Source: a virus (taxonomy: Duplodnaviria > Heunggongvirae > Uroviricota > Caudoviricetes). From it: DNA of 64,000 nt. Below the pieces are notes generated by a model. It was not told the origin of the DNA. It ran no database searches and worked only from the letters and a program-made list of their open reading frames with translations. Every line of letters starts with the position of its first letter. The stretch's first letter is position 1. Below are positions 56,365-64,000 of the stretch, in pieces. The translations under genes were made by a program, and so were the position numbers. The DNA is taken from IMG/VR virus record IMGVR_UViG_3300028832_000111; one strand, written 5' to 3'.

Positions 56365-56860
56365 GGCTCTTGCGTTTATTGTGAAGAACTTCCATCACCT
56401 CGTCTTCGGGTATCCCCAGCTTGCTGGCAATCTCACCCGTGAGGGATTTGGACATGAGTTTTAAGAACGGGAAATCCGGGAAGAGGATGAGCATCGAAGC
56501 TGATGAGCTCCAGAGCTCCACGAGGCAGATGGCACCTCCGATGACCTTGGCCGTGACGGTGGAGTCAATGAACTTGTCCAGACCCACGAAGACGAAGAGG
56601 GCACAGCCATAGACAGCGAGCTTTCCTATGGTGTTCCTCAGCAGCTCCGACAGCGTGAATTTCTTTTCCTTTATCGACACCGAGATACCCCAGATGGCAT
56701 CCATGAATGTGGTGGCGATCACAAGAAAAACCACAAACTTATGCTCTGCGAAATATTCGCATACACATAAGGCGATAGTGAGAACCTTACCGTAGGCTGA
56801 AGAGATAGCTGCTCCGATCTTGGACACGGCGTGTTTGATGACGATGCTGATAGGTTGCAT
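56345..56860 (-). CDS. holin-like multi-pass membrane protein (171 aa)
   Basis: 3-4 predicted TM helices, immediately downstream of the endolysin. Confidence 0.5.
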   Translation of the reverse strand: MQPISIVIKHAVSKIGAAISSAYGKVLTIALCVCEYFAEHKFVVFLVIATTFMDAIWGISVSIKEKKFTLSELLRNTIGKLAVYGCALFVFVGLDKFIDSTVTAKVIGGAICLVELWSSSASMLILFPDFPFLKLMSKSLTGEIASKLGIPEDEVMEVLHNKRKSHEEESN

Positions 56861-57384
56861 TATTGCTGAAATGTGAAGTGGGACAATCGGTTCATCCAGC
56901 CGTTCCAGAACACTTGCTGAGAGGGTTTGGCGGCGACGATGTTACGATAATACTCGGTACGTGCATCCATCACCTTGCAGAACACACATTTGTATGGCTC
57001 TTTGTTGAGCGCAGCCAGCGTCTTGGGTCCGAAGATACCGTCTGTGACGAGTCTCAGAGCCTGCTGCACTCCCTTACGACCATTCACACCCGAGTTGACA
57101 CACCAATCGGCGACCAGGTTGGCCACCGACTGATTCTTGATGTCATCACCCTTGACCGCATCCCAATAGACTTTCATAATCCTCTTCCATTGTGCGTTGG
57201 TCATGTTACGGAGGTCATCCACTGTCTTGTCTTTCCCGAAGATGGTCTTGAATGTGGTAAGGGTTACTCCAGCATTGGTTGGCCCACCCTTATCTGCAGG
57301 GTGATCAACGAATCCACCCTCCACTTCCTTGAGAATCGGTGCGTAAAGTTCAAATCGAGCCATAATCGTTCGTATTATCTTCAC
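56860..57384 (-). CDS. endolysin, GH108 N-acetylmuramidase with a peptidoglycan-binding domain (174 aa)
   Basis: EGGFVDHPADKGGPTNAGVT catalytic motif. C-terminal PG_binding_3-like region. Confidence 0.8.
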   Translation of the reverse strand: MKIIRTIMARFELYAPILKEVEGGFVDHPADKGGPTNAGVTLTTFKTIFGKDKTVDDLRNMTNAQWKRIMKVYWDAVKGDDIKNQSVANLVADWCVNSGVNGRKGVQQALRLVTDGIFGPKTLAALNKEPYKCVFCKVMDARTEYYRNIVAAKPSQQVFWNGWMNRLSHFTFQQ

Positions 57385-57394
57385 GCAAAAAAAG

Positions 57395-57437
57395 AAAGAT
57401 TCTTACAAAATCTTTGACGCGATTTGTAAGAATCTTT
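57395..57437. promoter_or_regulatory. perfect 15 bp inverted repeat, operator-like, upstream of the lysis operon
   Basis: AAAGATTCTTACAAA-N13-TTTGTAAGAATCTTT. Confidence 0.5.
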
Positions 57438-57492
57438 CCTAATCGGTGCAATATTACCACTTTATATAAAAGTGGTCGCACGAACAGGTGGC

Positions 57493-58095
57493 TTACTCAT
57501 GTGAATAAGGTCTTATCTCTTCCACATCGAGAAGATAGTGAGCCCAGAGTTGGGGGAAGTGTTTGAGGCATTCAACCGCAAGCTCTCTGGATTTGAACGC
57601 AAGACGAGCCGAGACGTGCGAGTACGAGTACGACCAGACGTGGGCCGAGGCCGCAGACGCGAGACCGCAAAGCGCACCGTAGCTCGAGTGGCCGCCGAAC
57701 AGCCACAGCTCCTTTTTCTGGTTTTCTGACATTTCTTTAACCTCATCCTCGGTGTAGAGAATGAAGTAGGGATAATAACGCCATTCATCAGCCTTGAATG
57801 TTGGGAAACGGTCAAGCTCGTCCACCTTAAGCTCATTGTAAGCCGCACAGATGATACGCAGCTTGATATACGCCTGAATGTCAAGAGGTAGTTCATGGAT
57901 ATTCTCCGGGAGTTCCATACCTGTGACAGCTATAGCATCCTCAACGGTACGGATGCGGTCCCATACAAGGACGGTCTTGTCAAAACGGTCATACTCGGCT
58001 TGGTTAGCCTTTGCGTTCTCCTGATTCACAAGGTCACAGACCTTATCGGCCAGTTCCTTCTGATCGTCTCTCAGATTGATTACTATCTGTTGCAT
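57493..58095 (-). CDS. hypothetical protein (200 aa)
   Basis: ORF. Confidence 0.6.
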   Translation of the reverse strand: MQQIVINLRDDQKELADKVCDLVNQENAKANQAEYDRFDKTVLVWDRIRTVEDAIAVTGMELPENIHELPLDIQAYIKLRIICAAYNELKVDELDRFPTFKADEWRYYPYFILYTEDEVKEMSENQKKELWLFGGHSSYGALCGLASAASAHVWSYSYSHVSARLAFKSRELAVECLKHFPQLWAHYLLDVEEIRPYSHE

Positions 58096-58127
58096 GATAA
58101 ATTTGTTTGTTGGTTAATATTATTGTT

Positions 58128-58808
58128 TTATTGTCCTGTTCCTACAAGTTTAACCAGGTCATCATAAAGTGAATTAAGACCATTATAAACGACTCCCTCG
58201 CCAGCAACTGCAGCTTTCATTCTCCTGAGCGCCGTCATCTGGTCTTTGCTTGGCTTCCAGTGGTTCTGAGGTTGAACCCTATACGCAAGAGAGTCCAACC
58301 AGGCATGAGCATTTATCAGCTCTATATTTTTACCTTCAAGATACTTGATTGACTCTCCGGTTGTAATGGCATTGCCAATAAGGTGAGCCATATTTTTATC
58401 TTCCTCATTCCACTCGGCAGACTTCTGATATGGCATTGCATATATGTCATGCAATAGATCTATCCATTCAGAAGGACATCCGTCATCTTCCAGCCTTTCA
58501 ATGATACGGGCAAGAGTATATTCATCGTCTTTAGAGAGAAAACGCTTTTGCTCACCTTGCTTTTCAAGCCAAGAAAGAAAGCCTTTTAATTGTTCAATTT
58601 GCCATTTATCACTGTCTCTTTCTTGGATCTCAATAGATTGTTTGGCATCGGAAATAAAAGCAATCAGTGCCTTTCTTGTCTTTTCATCCTCACTCTCTTT
58701 GAGCTCCGGGAAGAAGTGCTCGGCATCCTCTTTATCAGCGCCGGTCATAGTCGGATACACGCTGCGCATCCAACCTAAAGCGTCTTTATATTTCTGTTCG
58801 TAATCCAT
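58128..58808 (-). CDS. hypothetical protein (226 aa)
   Basis: ORF. Confidence 0.6.
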   Translation of the reverse strand: MDYEQKYKDALGWMRSVYPTMTGADKEDAEHFFPELKESEDEKTRKALIAFISDAKQSIEIQERDSDKWQIEQLKGFLSWLEKQGEQKRFLSKDDEYTLARIIERLEDDGCPSEWIDLLHDIYAMPYQKSAEWNEEDKNMAHLIGNAITTGESIKYLEGKNIELINAHAWLDSLAYRVQPQNHWKPSKDQMTALRRMKAAVAGEGVVYNGLNSLYDDLVKLVGTGQ

Positions 58809-58820
58809 ATTATTACGTTT

Positions 58821-59228
58821 TTACACTATTTCTCTCACAATAAGTTCAACTTCAATCGGCTCATCTTCCCACGTAAGGTCAAATGATGATGCGACCTCAT
58901 CCGGAAGCCTCAGATGCCATAAAGGATTATAATCCTCTTGGAACCTATCCGGCGTAGCGTACCATGAGACATCGAGGGACCGTTGAGGCTTATGCAGATG
59001 GAAATAACATGCGTTGTTCTTATCAACAGCAACCCATCCGTGAATCTTAGGCTCCTCCTTTTCTCCCATTTTGAAATAAACCACCACGACGATAAACAAC
59101 AGACACAAAATGATAATTGGCCAGTCCGTCCAATCCGGCAGTTTGTCAAGCAGAACACTGAAACCGATAGCTCCGGCAATGCCGAATGCTACGGTTATGA
59201 TACTTGCGAATAATCTTCCCCAGTTCAT
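58821..59228 (-). CDS. membrane protein (135 aa)
   Basis: Two N-terminal TM helices. Confidence 0.55.
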   Translation of the reverse strand: MNWGRLFASIITVAFGIAGAIGFSVLLDKLPDWTDWPIIILCLLFIVVVVYFKMGEKEEPKIHGWVAVDKNNACYFHLHKPQRSLDVSWYATPDRFQEDYNPLWHLRLPDEVASSFDLTWEDEPIEVELIVREIV

Positions 59229-59365
59229 AATCCTATATTTTTCTTCATCATACTTTCTTTACTTTTTTCTTCAACACAAAAAAGCCTGTCGTTATCTCAC
59301 TAAGTTTGATAGGTGGAACGTCCAAGGCTTTCCTTATATCTAATTCGTCCATAGACTGAGTTTCA

Positions 59366-60082
59366 TTATTCTTTCTCTTCATCTTTATCTTCACTCGGAA
59401 TGATCAGAAGTTTAACCTTCTGCCCTATATGAAAGTCTTCGGTTATAGATGCGTTTAACCAACAGAAATTTTCAGAACGAGCCCACGTATTTTCACCGTC
59501 AGAATCGATATATCCAGGTACTGCATATTCTATAAGCTCCGCTTTCATATCATGCTTTCCTTGTTCATAAGCGCCAAGTCTTGCATCTTCAATGAAATCG
59601 AATTTCATACAACAGATGTTGTTGTCTTCTCTATACTTGGCGTCTTGCTTTTTCTGCCATTGTATAAAGTGGCGGGCAATAGCGTATTCCCATTTCAGTG
59701 GGTCTTCCGGGGTATTCTCGGTTTCAGATGAAGGCAGTGCAAATACTTCGTCCATCTCCTTTGCGAAGGTTTTGAAATCCAAATCAGCTGGCTCTGTATT
59801 CCTCAGCAACCCTCGATCACGCAGGTAGCGACCAAAGCCATCCAGAATATCCTCCATATCTCCAATAGCCTCATCACCGATATAGTCCTGGACAAGCTGC
59901 TCAATGCCCTTGTCATTAAACTCACCAGCCTTCAGCTTCGGTTCCTGAAGGAGTGGATAAAGAACGCCAAGCACGTTGATTATAGCGTTCTTGTATCCGC
60001 TATTGAACTCCGTAAGTTCAGCGTGCTGTTTTTTCATCTCCTCTATCCTGGCTATTGCCGATGCTATGCTATTATTCTCCAT
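59366..60082 (-). CDS. hypothetical protein (238 aa)
   Basis: ORF. Confidence 0.6.
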   Translation of the reverse strand: MENNSIASAIARIEEMKKQHAELTEFNSGYKNAIINVLGVLYPLLQEPKLKAGEFNDKGIEQLVQDYIGDEAIGDMEDILDGFGRYLRDRGLLRNTEPADLDFKTFAKEMDEVFALPSSETENTPEDPLKWEYAIARHFIQWQKKQDAKYREDNNICCMKFDFIEDARLGAYEQGKHDMKAELIEYAVPGYIDSDGENTWARSENFCWLNASITEDFHIGQKVKLLIIPSEDKDEEKE

Positions 60083-60087
60083 AATGA

Positions 60088-60381
60088 TTATCCTTTGTTA
60101 GTTGTACGAGGCTCTATGCTGACCTGGGTCCACACTAAAGTCATTCCGTCAATCCTGCATTGTCCATCAATGATATTCTTGTCTTCAAAATATTTTGACA
60201 GCTTCTCTATGACCTTATAACGTTCATACTGACGCTTGTCAAAGAAGAACTCGGCATCATCCGTTCCTTCCTTCTGAATATAGAAGGATTTGCCCTCTTG
60301 CTTATCCTCCCATGTAGTCATATCAAACAGCCCTTTAATGCCGTCGATAGCCTGTTGCTTGGTGATATTCTGTATTTCCAT
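60088..60381 (-). CDS. hypothetical protein (97 aa from Met MEIQNITKQ)
   Basis: Trimmed from track ORF 60088..60654, whose N-terminal 91 aa are Arg-rich junk overlapping the next gene. Confidence 0.5.
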   Translation of the reverse strand: MEIQNITKQQAIDGIKGLFDMTTWEDKQEGKSFYIQKEGTDDAEFFFDKRQYERYKVIEKLSKYFEDKNIIDGQCRIDGMTLVWTQVSIEPRTTNKG

Positions 60382-60382
60382 A

Positions 60383-60673
60383 TCAGTATTCTTCAAAGAA
60401 CTCGTTAAGAAGGTCACTGAGTTCACCAAGACAATGATGCTCCTTAATCTCATTCTCGATGAAGGTGCTGTCGCCACAGCAGAAACTGTCAATCCATTCC
60501 TCGGTGAAGAAATCCTCACCCAATTCGCTAACAGGGGTCTCAAGCGCCTTGGCTGTCTTGTCTGTCCACGGTTTAAGTTTGGCTTCATCCAGAGGCTCTT
60601 CCCTGTTGACCATATCATTATCATAGAGTATTGCCTCAAGCATCTGCCGTGCAATCTGTTCGGTCTGTTTCAT
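60383..60673 (-). CDS. hypothetical acidic protein (96 aa)
   Basis: ORF. Confidence 0.55.
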   Translation of the reverse strand: MKQTEQIARQMLEAILYDNDMVNREEPLDEAKLKPWTDKTAKALETPVSELGEDFFTEEWIDSFCCGDSTFIENEIKEHHCLGELSDLLNEFFEEY

Positions 60674-60722
60674 AATTTTATGTATTTAAAAGTTCTCTCT
60701 ATTACGTTCATAGTTGATGATT

Positions 60723-61070
60723 TTAGGGATATAAAAGAATACTCCCTTCGGTGCCAGTCCAGGTTGAACCTATATGCAGTTCTCTATACCAAGAACCATT
60801 GACTTTTGCTTCTTGCGGCGAGAGAACGCCGGAACGAAGCCACCATTTACCTGCCTCCTTTATTTGAACTACATCCACCTTGACATGATATGCAGATTTG
60901 CCAAAGGCTTTTGTGTCTTCCCACATATCCGTGACAGTGAACTTATAGAGCGGCTTGTTGTCACGTGCTATATCGGCGCATTTTTTGGGGATGAGCATAA
61001 TAGCTGCCATAACTATCAGATAAGCTATAGCAAAAATGACTCTCTGAGTATTATAACTTGGCTTGTTCAT
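60723..61070 (-). CDS. membrane-anchored protein (115 aa)
   Basis: N-terminal TM helix. Confidence 0.55.
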   Translation of the reverse strand: MNKPSYNTQRVIFAIAYLIVMAAIMLIPKKCADIARDNKPLYKFTVTDMWEDTKAFGKSAYHVKVDVVQIKEAGKWWLRSGVLSPQEAKVNGSWYRELHIGSTWTGTEGSILLYP

Positions 61071-61073
61071 ATC

Positions 61074-61520
61074 TCATATCAATAATTCGTTTAACATCTT
61101 TACTATCCCGCCGAAAGTCAGCGAAGCGTTATCTACGTATGTGAACACAGAATTGGTCTCAACAATGAACAGACAGACGTCAGATACCTCCACGGTGTAA
61201 GTCTGTCCGGATCGACCTTTGGGCTTGAACACCTTGGCCTTGAAATTTGGGTTAGGCTCGTTATAAGGGTAGTAATGCACATTGTCGGTCATACCCAGAT
61301 ACTCGCAGTTCTGCAGCCTCTCAGCTATCATGTCACCCGGGCTTGCCTGAAAGCCGAATAACCGGTTGTTGTATCCTTCCCAAACCTTAGTTTCCGGTGG
61401 GATGTAGAAATCAAGTCTATTCTGTTCTCTCATATCACTCCTCCTTTGGCAGCTTATTCCAAAGGTCATCCAATGTGATGCGATGACCTTCGTGGTAGAG
61501 AACACCGTGTTCCAGCGCAT
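61074..61520 (-). CDS. hypothetical protein (148 aa). Start uncertain.
   Basis: ORF overlapping the upstream gene by 86 nt. Confidence 0.5.
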   Translation of the reverse strand: MRWNTVFSTTKVIASHWMTFGISCQRRSDMREQNRLDFYIPPETKVWEGYNNRLFGFQASPGDMIAERLQNCEYLGMTDNVHYYPYNEPNPNFKAKVFKPKGRSGQTYTVEVSDVCLFIVETNSVFTYVDNASLTFGGIVKMLNELLI

Positions 61521-62064
61521 CCCAAGGATATTGCGGATAATTTTGATCAGGAATCCATACTGGTAGGTCCTTCAAAACGTCCTCTCTACCTTTTCTGAAT
61601 TGCACCTCATCAGAGTTCTTGTATGCCTGGTTAATCTCCGCATCAATCTCAGGCTGAAGCTCTTGGCGGGCGAGTCTAAGAAGTCTTTTTGAATAGGAGT
61701 GCATATATTCTATATCCTCATCGGTGTATTTCGATATATCCTCACCTATAGGAGAACCATTCTCTACCATTATCTTGATAAGCTCCTTCTCAAAATCCGT
61801 CAGTTCTGGCTCATCGGTAAGGATAAGCAAATCGTTTCTGTATCCATGTAAGCATCCATCCGATTCTTTTCCGTTTTCATCATATGTAAAAACAACCTCA
61901 TTTCCAGCTTGAGAAGTAACAAGTCCCACTATTTTCCAATATGTTGTGTTCCTATCCCAACAAATAATTCTTACGTTAAGCCCTTCTGCGGTCATAACTT
62001 TATATTTGCCGCTCTCGATCTCCGGGCGATACTTTATGTCAAACGGAATCTTCTTCATAATCAC
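61435..62064 (-). CDS. hypothetical protein (209 aa), paralog of 39420..40007
   Basis: Shared N-terminal domain MKKIPFDIKYRPEIESGKYKVMT. Confidence 0.6.
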   Translation of the reverse strand: MIMKKIPFDIKYRPEIESGKYKVMTAEGLNVRIICWDRNTTYWKIVGLVTSQAGNEVVFTYDENGKESDGCLHGYRNDLLILTDEPELTDFEKELIKIMVENGSPIGEDISKYTDEDIEYMHSYSKRLLRLARQELQPEIDAEINQAYKNSDEVQFRKGREDVLKDLPVWIPDQNYPQYPWDALEHGVLYHEGHRITLDDLWNKLPKEE

Positions 62065-63263
62065 ATACTGAGAAGATGGAACTGATTCTCATCAAGCTGA
62101 GAACTGTATGAGCCATAGATATTGACAAGGCCCGGAATAGCGAACGATATATGACCAAGGAAATGGCTGATAGAGTCACAAGCGAACACGCCATCAGAAT
62201 GAATGCACGGGACCTGGTTGATAGAATGCAGACAATCCAGGTGCGTCAGAGCAACATTCAGCTTGATGTTGTGCTCGTTGATGTAGTTATCCAGCCTATG
62301 CCTATCATATACTCGTTCCAATAGCTTGAAGTCAAACAGTCCGCATTTGAAAACACCCTGGTAATCATCAAACGGATTGGTCGGCTCTTCAAGCGTCATA
62401 TATGGTTCCAGCATATCCGGTCTGCTCGGAACATAACCGTTGCCATGACGGGTAAGATAGGTACGCATGACGAGATATACTTCAGCTTCCTTCAGGAACT
62501 CTTTGCTGATTCCGTTCAGTCCGGTCCTCGAAGGAGTGCAATGCGGCATGAAACCGCAATCCATATCCAACAGCAAACCCTGTGAGCCCTCGAAGATATA
62601 GACAGCCCGGTCATCATCGTAATCGTAGAACGTGCCATGTGCAATAGATGCATCACCGTCATATTCCACAATATCACGAAGCTGTTGACAGCATTGAACG
62701 AACTGCGCCTCCAGTTCATCATTGCGCTCACAACCGTAATATCTTCTTGTCCTTTCAAGATGCTCTTTCGGATGTCTGATGACGTAAGAGAATGCGTTGT
62801 TCGTTTCCCATGTATCAAAGGGGTTATACAAACCTTCACCGCAACGTTTGATGGTATGGAATATACCCATTCCGCAGCTGCCATGTCCGAGAACCAGAGA
62901 ATCATTGACGTTCGCCATGACATCATAAGGTGTCGTTACGCGGCACATGTGGTTGATGCTTATATCAGGTGTCACACCTTTGGCAAGCAGGCTCTCATAT
63001 TCGGATATCATGCATATAGGATCCACGATAACATGACGGTCAAGATATGTTGGGACGCCAAGCAATACTCCGGCACCGAAAGAGCTGCATACGTGCTCCT
63101 TCCCGTTGGTTATGATGCGATGTCCAGCCTGCTGACCACCGGAGAAGCGTATGACGATAGGGTTGTCCCCACGGTCAAGGGCTTGTTTGCAAAGCCATTG
63201 AACCGTAGAGCCTTTACCCTCGTCACCGAAGAATGTACCAAGAACAATCTGGGTTTTCATCAC
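62061..63263 (-). CDS. adenylosuccinate-synthetase (PurA)-family enzyme (400 aa); candidate PurZ-type
   Basis: GDEGKGS P-loop, SGGQQAGHR, FEGSQGLLLDMDCGFMPHCTPS and MRTYLTRHGNGYVPS align with the corresponding PurA motifs, with substitutions at GDEGKGK to GDEGKGS and GGHNAGH to GGQQAGH. Confidence 0.75.
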   Translation of the reverse strand: MMKTQIVLGTFFGDEGKGSTVQWLCKQALDRGDNPIVIRFSGGQQAGHRIITNGKEHVCSSFGAGVLLGVPTYLDRHVIVDPICMISEYESLLAKGVTPDISINHMCRVTTPYDVMANVNDSLVLGHGSCGMGIFHTIKRCGEGLYNPFDTWETNNAFSYVIRHPKEHLERTRRYYGCERNDELEAQFVQCCQQLRDIVEYDGDASIAHGTFYDYDDDRAVYIFEGSQGLLLDMDCGFMPHCTPSRTGLNGISKEFLKEAEVYLVMRTYLTRHGNGYVPSRPDMLEPYMTLEEPTNPFDDYQGVFKCGLFDFKLLERVYDRHRLDNYINEHNIKLNVALTHLDCLHSINQVPCIHSDGVFACDSISHFLGHISFAIPGLVNIYGSYSSQLDENQFHLLSM

Positions 63264-64000
63264 AACGAAATCTTAGTGCCGTTAGTCTTCTGAGGCTCAG
63301 CCTCATCTGTGTCCTTGTGCTGTACCGATACGGACTCGCTGTTATACACATTCATAATGATGGATGATATGACAGGCACGAGGTTGTAGTTGTCACGAGG
63401 CAGCACACAAACTCTGTCCTCTCCTAACAGTTTCTTCCACTTCTCGATTACAGCGCTGTACATCTGTGTCGCACCCATGTGAACATGATACAGCTCCCAC
63501 TGAGCGCTTGCCTCTTGTATGAGGTCAGTCGATAGCATACCACTCTGTGCGCCATCACCGAACAGCTGAGTGATATTCAGGACAGGAATCTCGTTCAGAC
63601 AGGGCTCGTCACCGATAGTGATAAGCACACCTTTCTTGTGACGCTTCTCCCATGAGTCGGTGATGGTATGACGGCTCGCGAAGTACCATGCGAGATTATA
63701 ACTCTCTCCGGGGTTGCTTCCGCCGCCACCTTCGAGATAGACCTTCTGAAACCATTTCTCCATCAGCTCGTCACTGCTCTCGAACTGACCGCACTGGATA
63801 GGTGCTCTGTCGCAATAGCAGTCACCGACACCTACAAAGCAGACCTGCGGGTCAGGGATACCGGCTTCAATGATGGATTTCATTATCTCAGGGAAAGAAC
63901 CCTTGATGAGATCCATCGGGATATGTCCCATGGAACCGGTAGTGTCCAAAGCAATTATGACTGGGAACGAGTTGGGATGCTCCTCCGAGTCACGACTTTC
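63260..64000 (-). CDS. von Willebrand factor A (VWA) domain protein, 5' end beyond the window
   Basis: MIDAS motif VIIALDTTGSM. Translation continues upstream past 64000. Confidence 0.6.
   Translation of the reverse strand, partial: ESRDSEEHPNSFPVIIALDTTGSMGHIPMDLIKGSFPEIMKSIIEAGIPDPQVCFVGVGDCYCDRAPIQCGQFESSDELMEKWFQKVYLEGGGGSNPGESYNLAWYFASRHTITDSWEKRHKKGVLITIGDEPCLNEIPVLNITQLFGDGAQSGMLSTDLIQEASAQWELYHVHMGATQMYSAVIEKWKKLLGEDRVCVLPRDNYNLVPVISSIIMNVYNSESVSVQHKDTDEAEPQKTNGTKISL

Noticed and set aside
1-64000. CRISPR arrays, reverse transcriptase/DGR, toxin-antitoxin pairs
   Set aside because: I looked for regularly spaced identical repeats and for RT (YxDD) motifs and found none. The tandem repeats at 47040 and 54568 are short iteron-type, not CRISPR.

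Overview
This 64 kb window is most consistent with the non-structural portion of a temperate phage of a Bacteroidota-type host. No start codon is preceded by a Shine-Dalgarno sequence, and one Bacteroides-type TTTG-N19-TAnnTTTG promoter is visible near 53710. No capsid, portal, terminase or tail genes are present.

Layout by strand:
- 1-4780, minus strand: glycosyltransferase-like (runs off the left edge), acidic and SPFH-like proteins, and a D5/P4-type primase-helicase. Next to it lies an iteron-bearing, AT-rich region (4800-5690).
- 5694-21473, plus strand: about 40 small unknown genes. Almost every one is preceded by the same ~30 nt motif (roughly TGTTTAACTCTTAAA..ACTACGATT) abutting its ATG, and by a strong unique hairpin. 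One gene is ArdA-like and several products are very acidic. This looks like an early anti-defence or host-takeover array.
- 21721-24126, plus strand: an FtsK-like ATPase and a small tyrosine recombinase.
- 24175-51856, minus strand: a DNA-modification cluster (two beta-class MTases, a C5-MTase with six tandem modules, a PAPS-reductase-like PP-loop protein, an HNH endonuclease, a Gp37/Gp68 protein, a PNK-phosphatase), tRNA-Gln, a T7 gp4-like primase-helicase, an initiator-like gene carrying internal iterons plus an AT tract, an SSB-like protein, a PD-(D/E)XK-nuclease::FtsK-motor fusion, RecT and RusA.
- 51857-52620: a noncoding block with covarying hairpins and two more tRNAs (Met-CAT, and one with an irregular anticodon loop containing CTA).
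- 52864-55810: a lysogeny module with two excisionase-like HTH proteins, a regulator, attP-like direct repeats and an integrase.
- 55903-64000, minus strand: the lysis cassette (u-spanin-like protein, holin, GH108 endolysin), then unknown genes, a PurA-family (possible PurZ) enzyme and a VWA protein that runs off the right edge.

The most striking single observation is a beta-class DNA methyltransferase gene whose 5' half (44103-44618) sits inverted relative to its 3' half, between perfect 13 bp inverted repeats. Re-inverting it restores one in-frame gene, so this is a candidate phase-variable methyltransferase switch.
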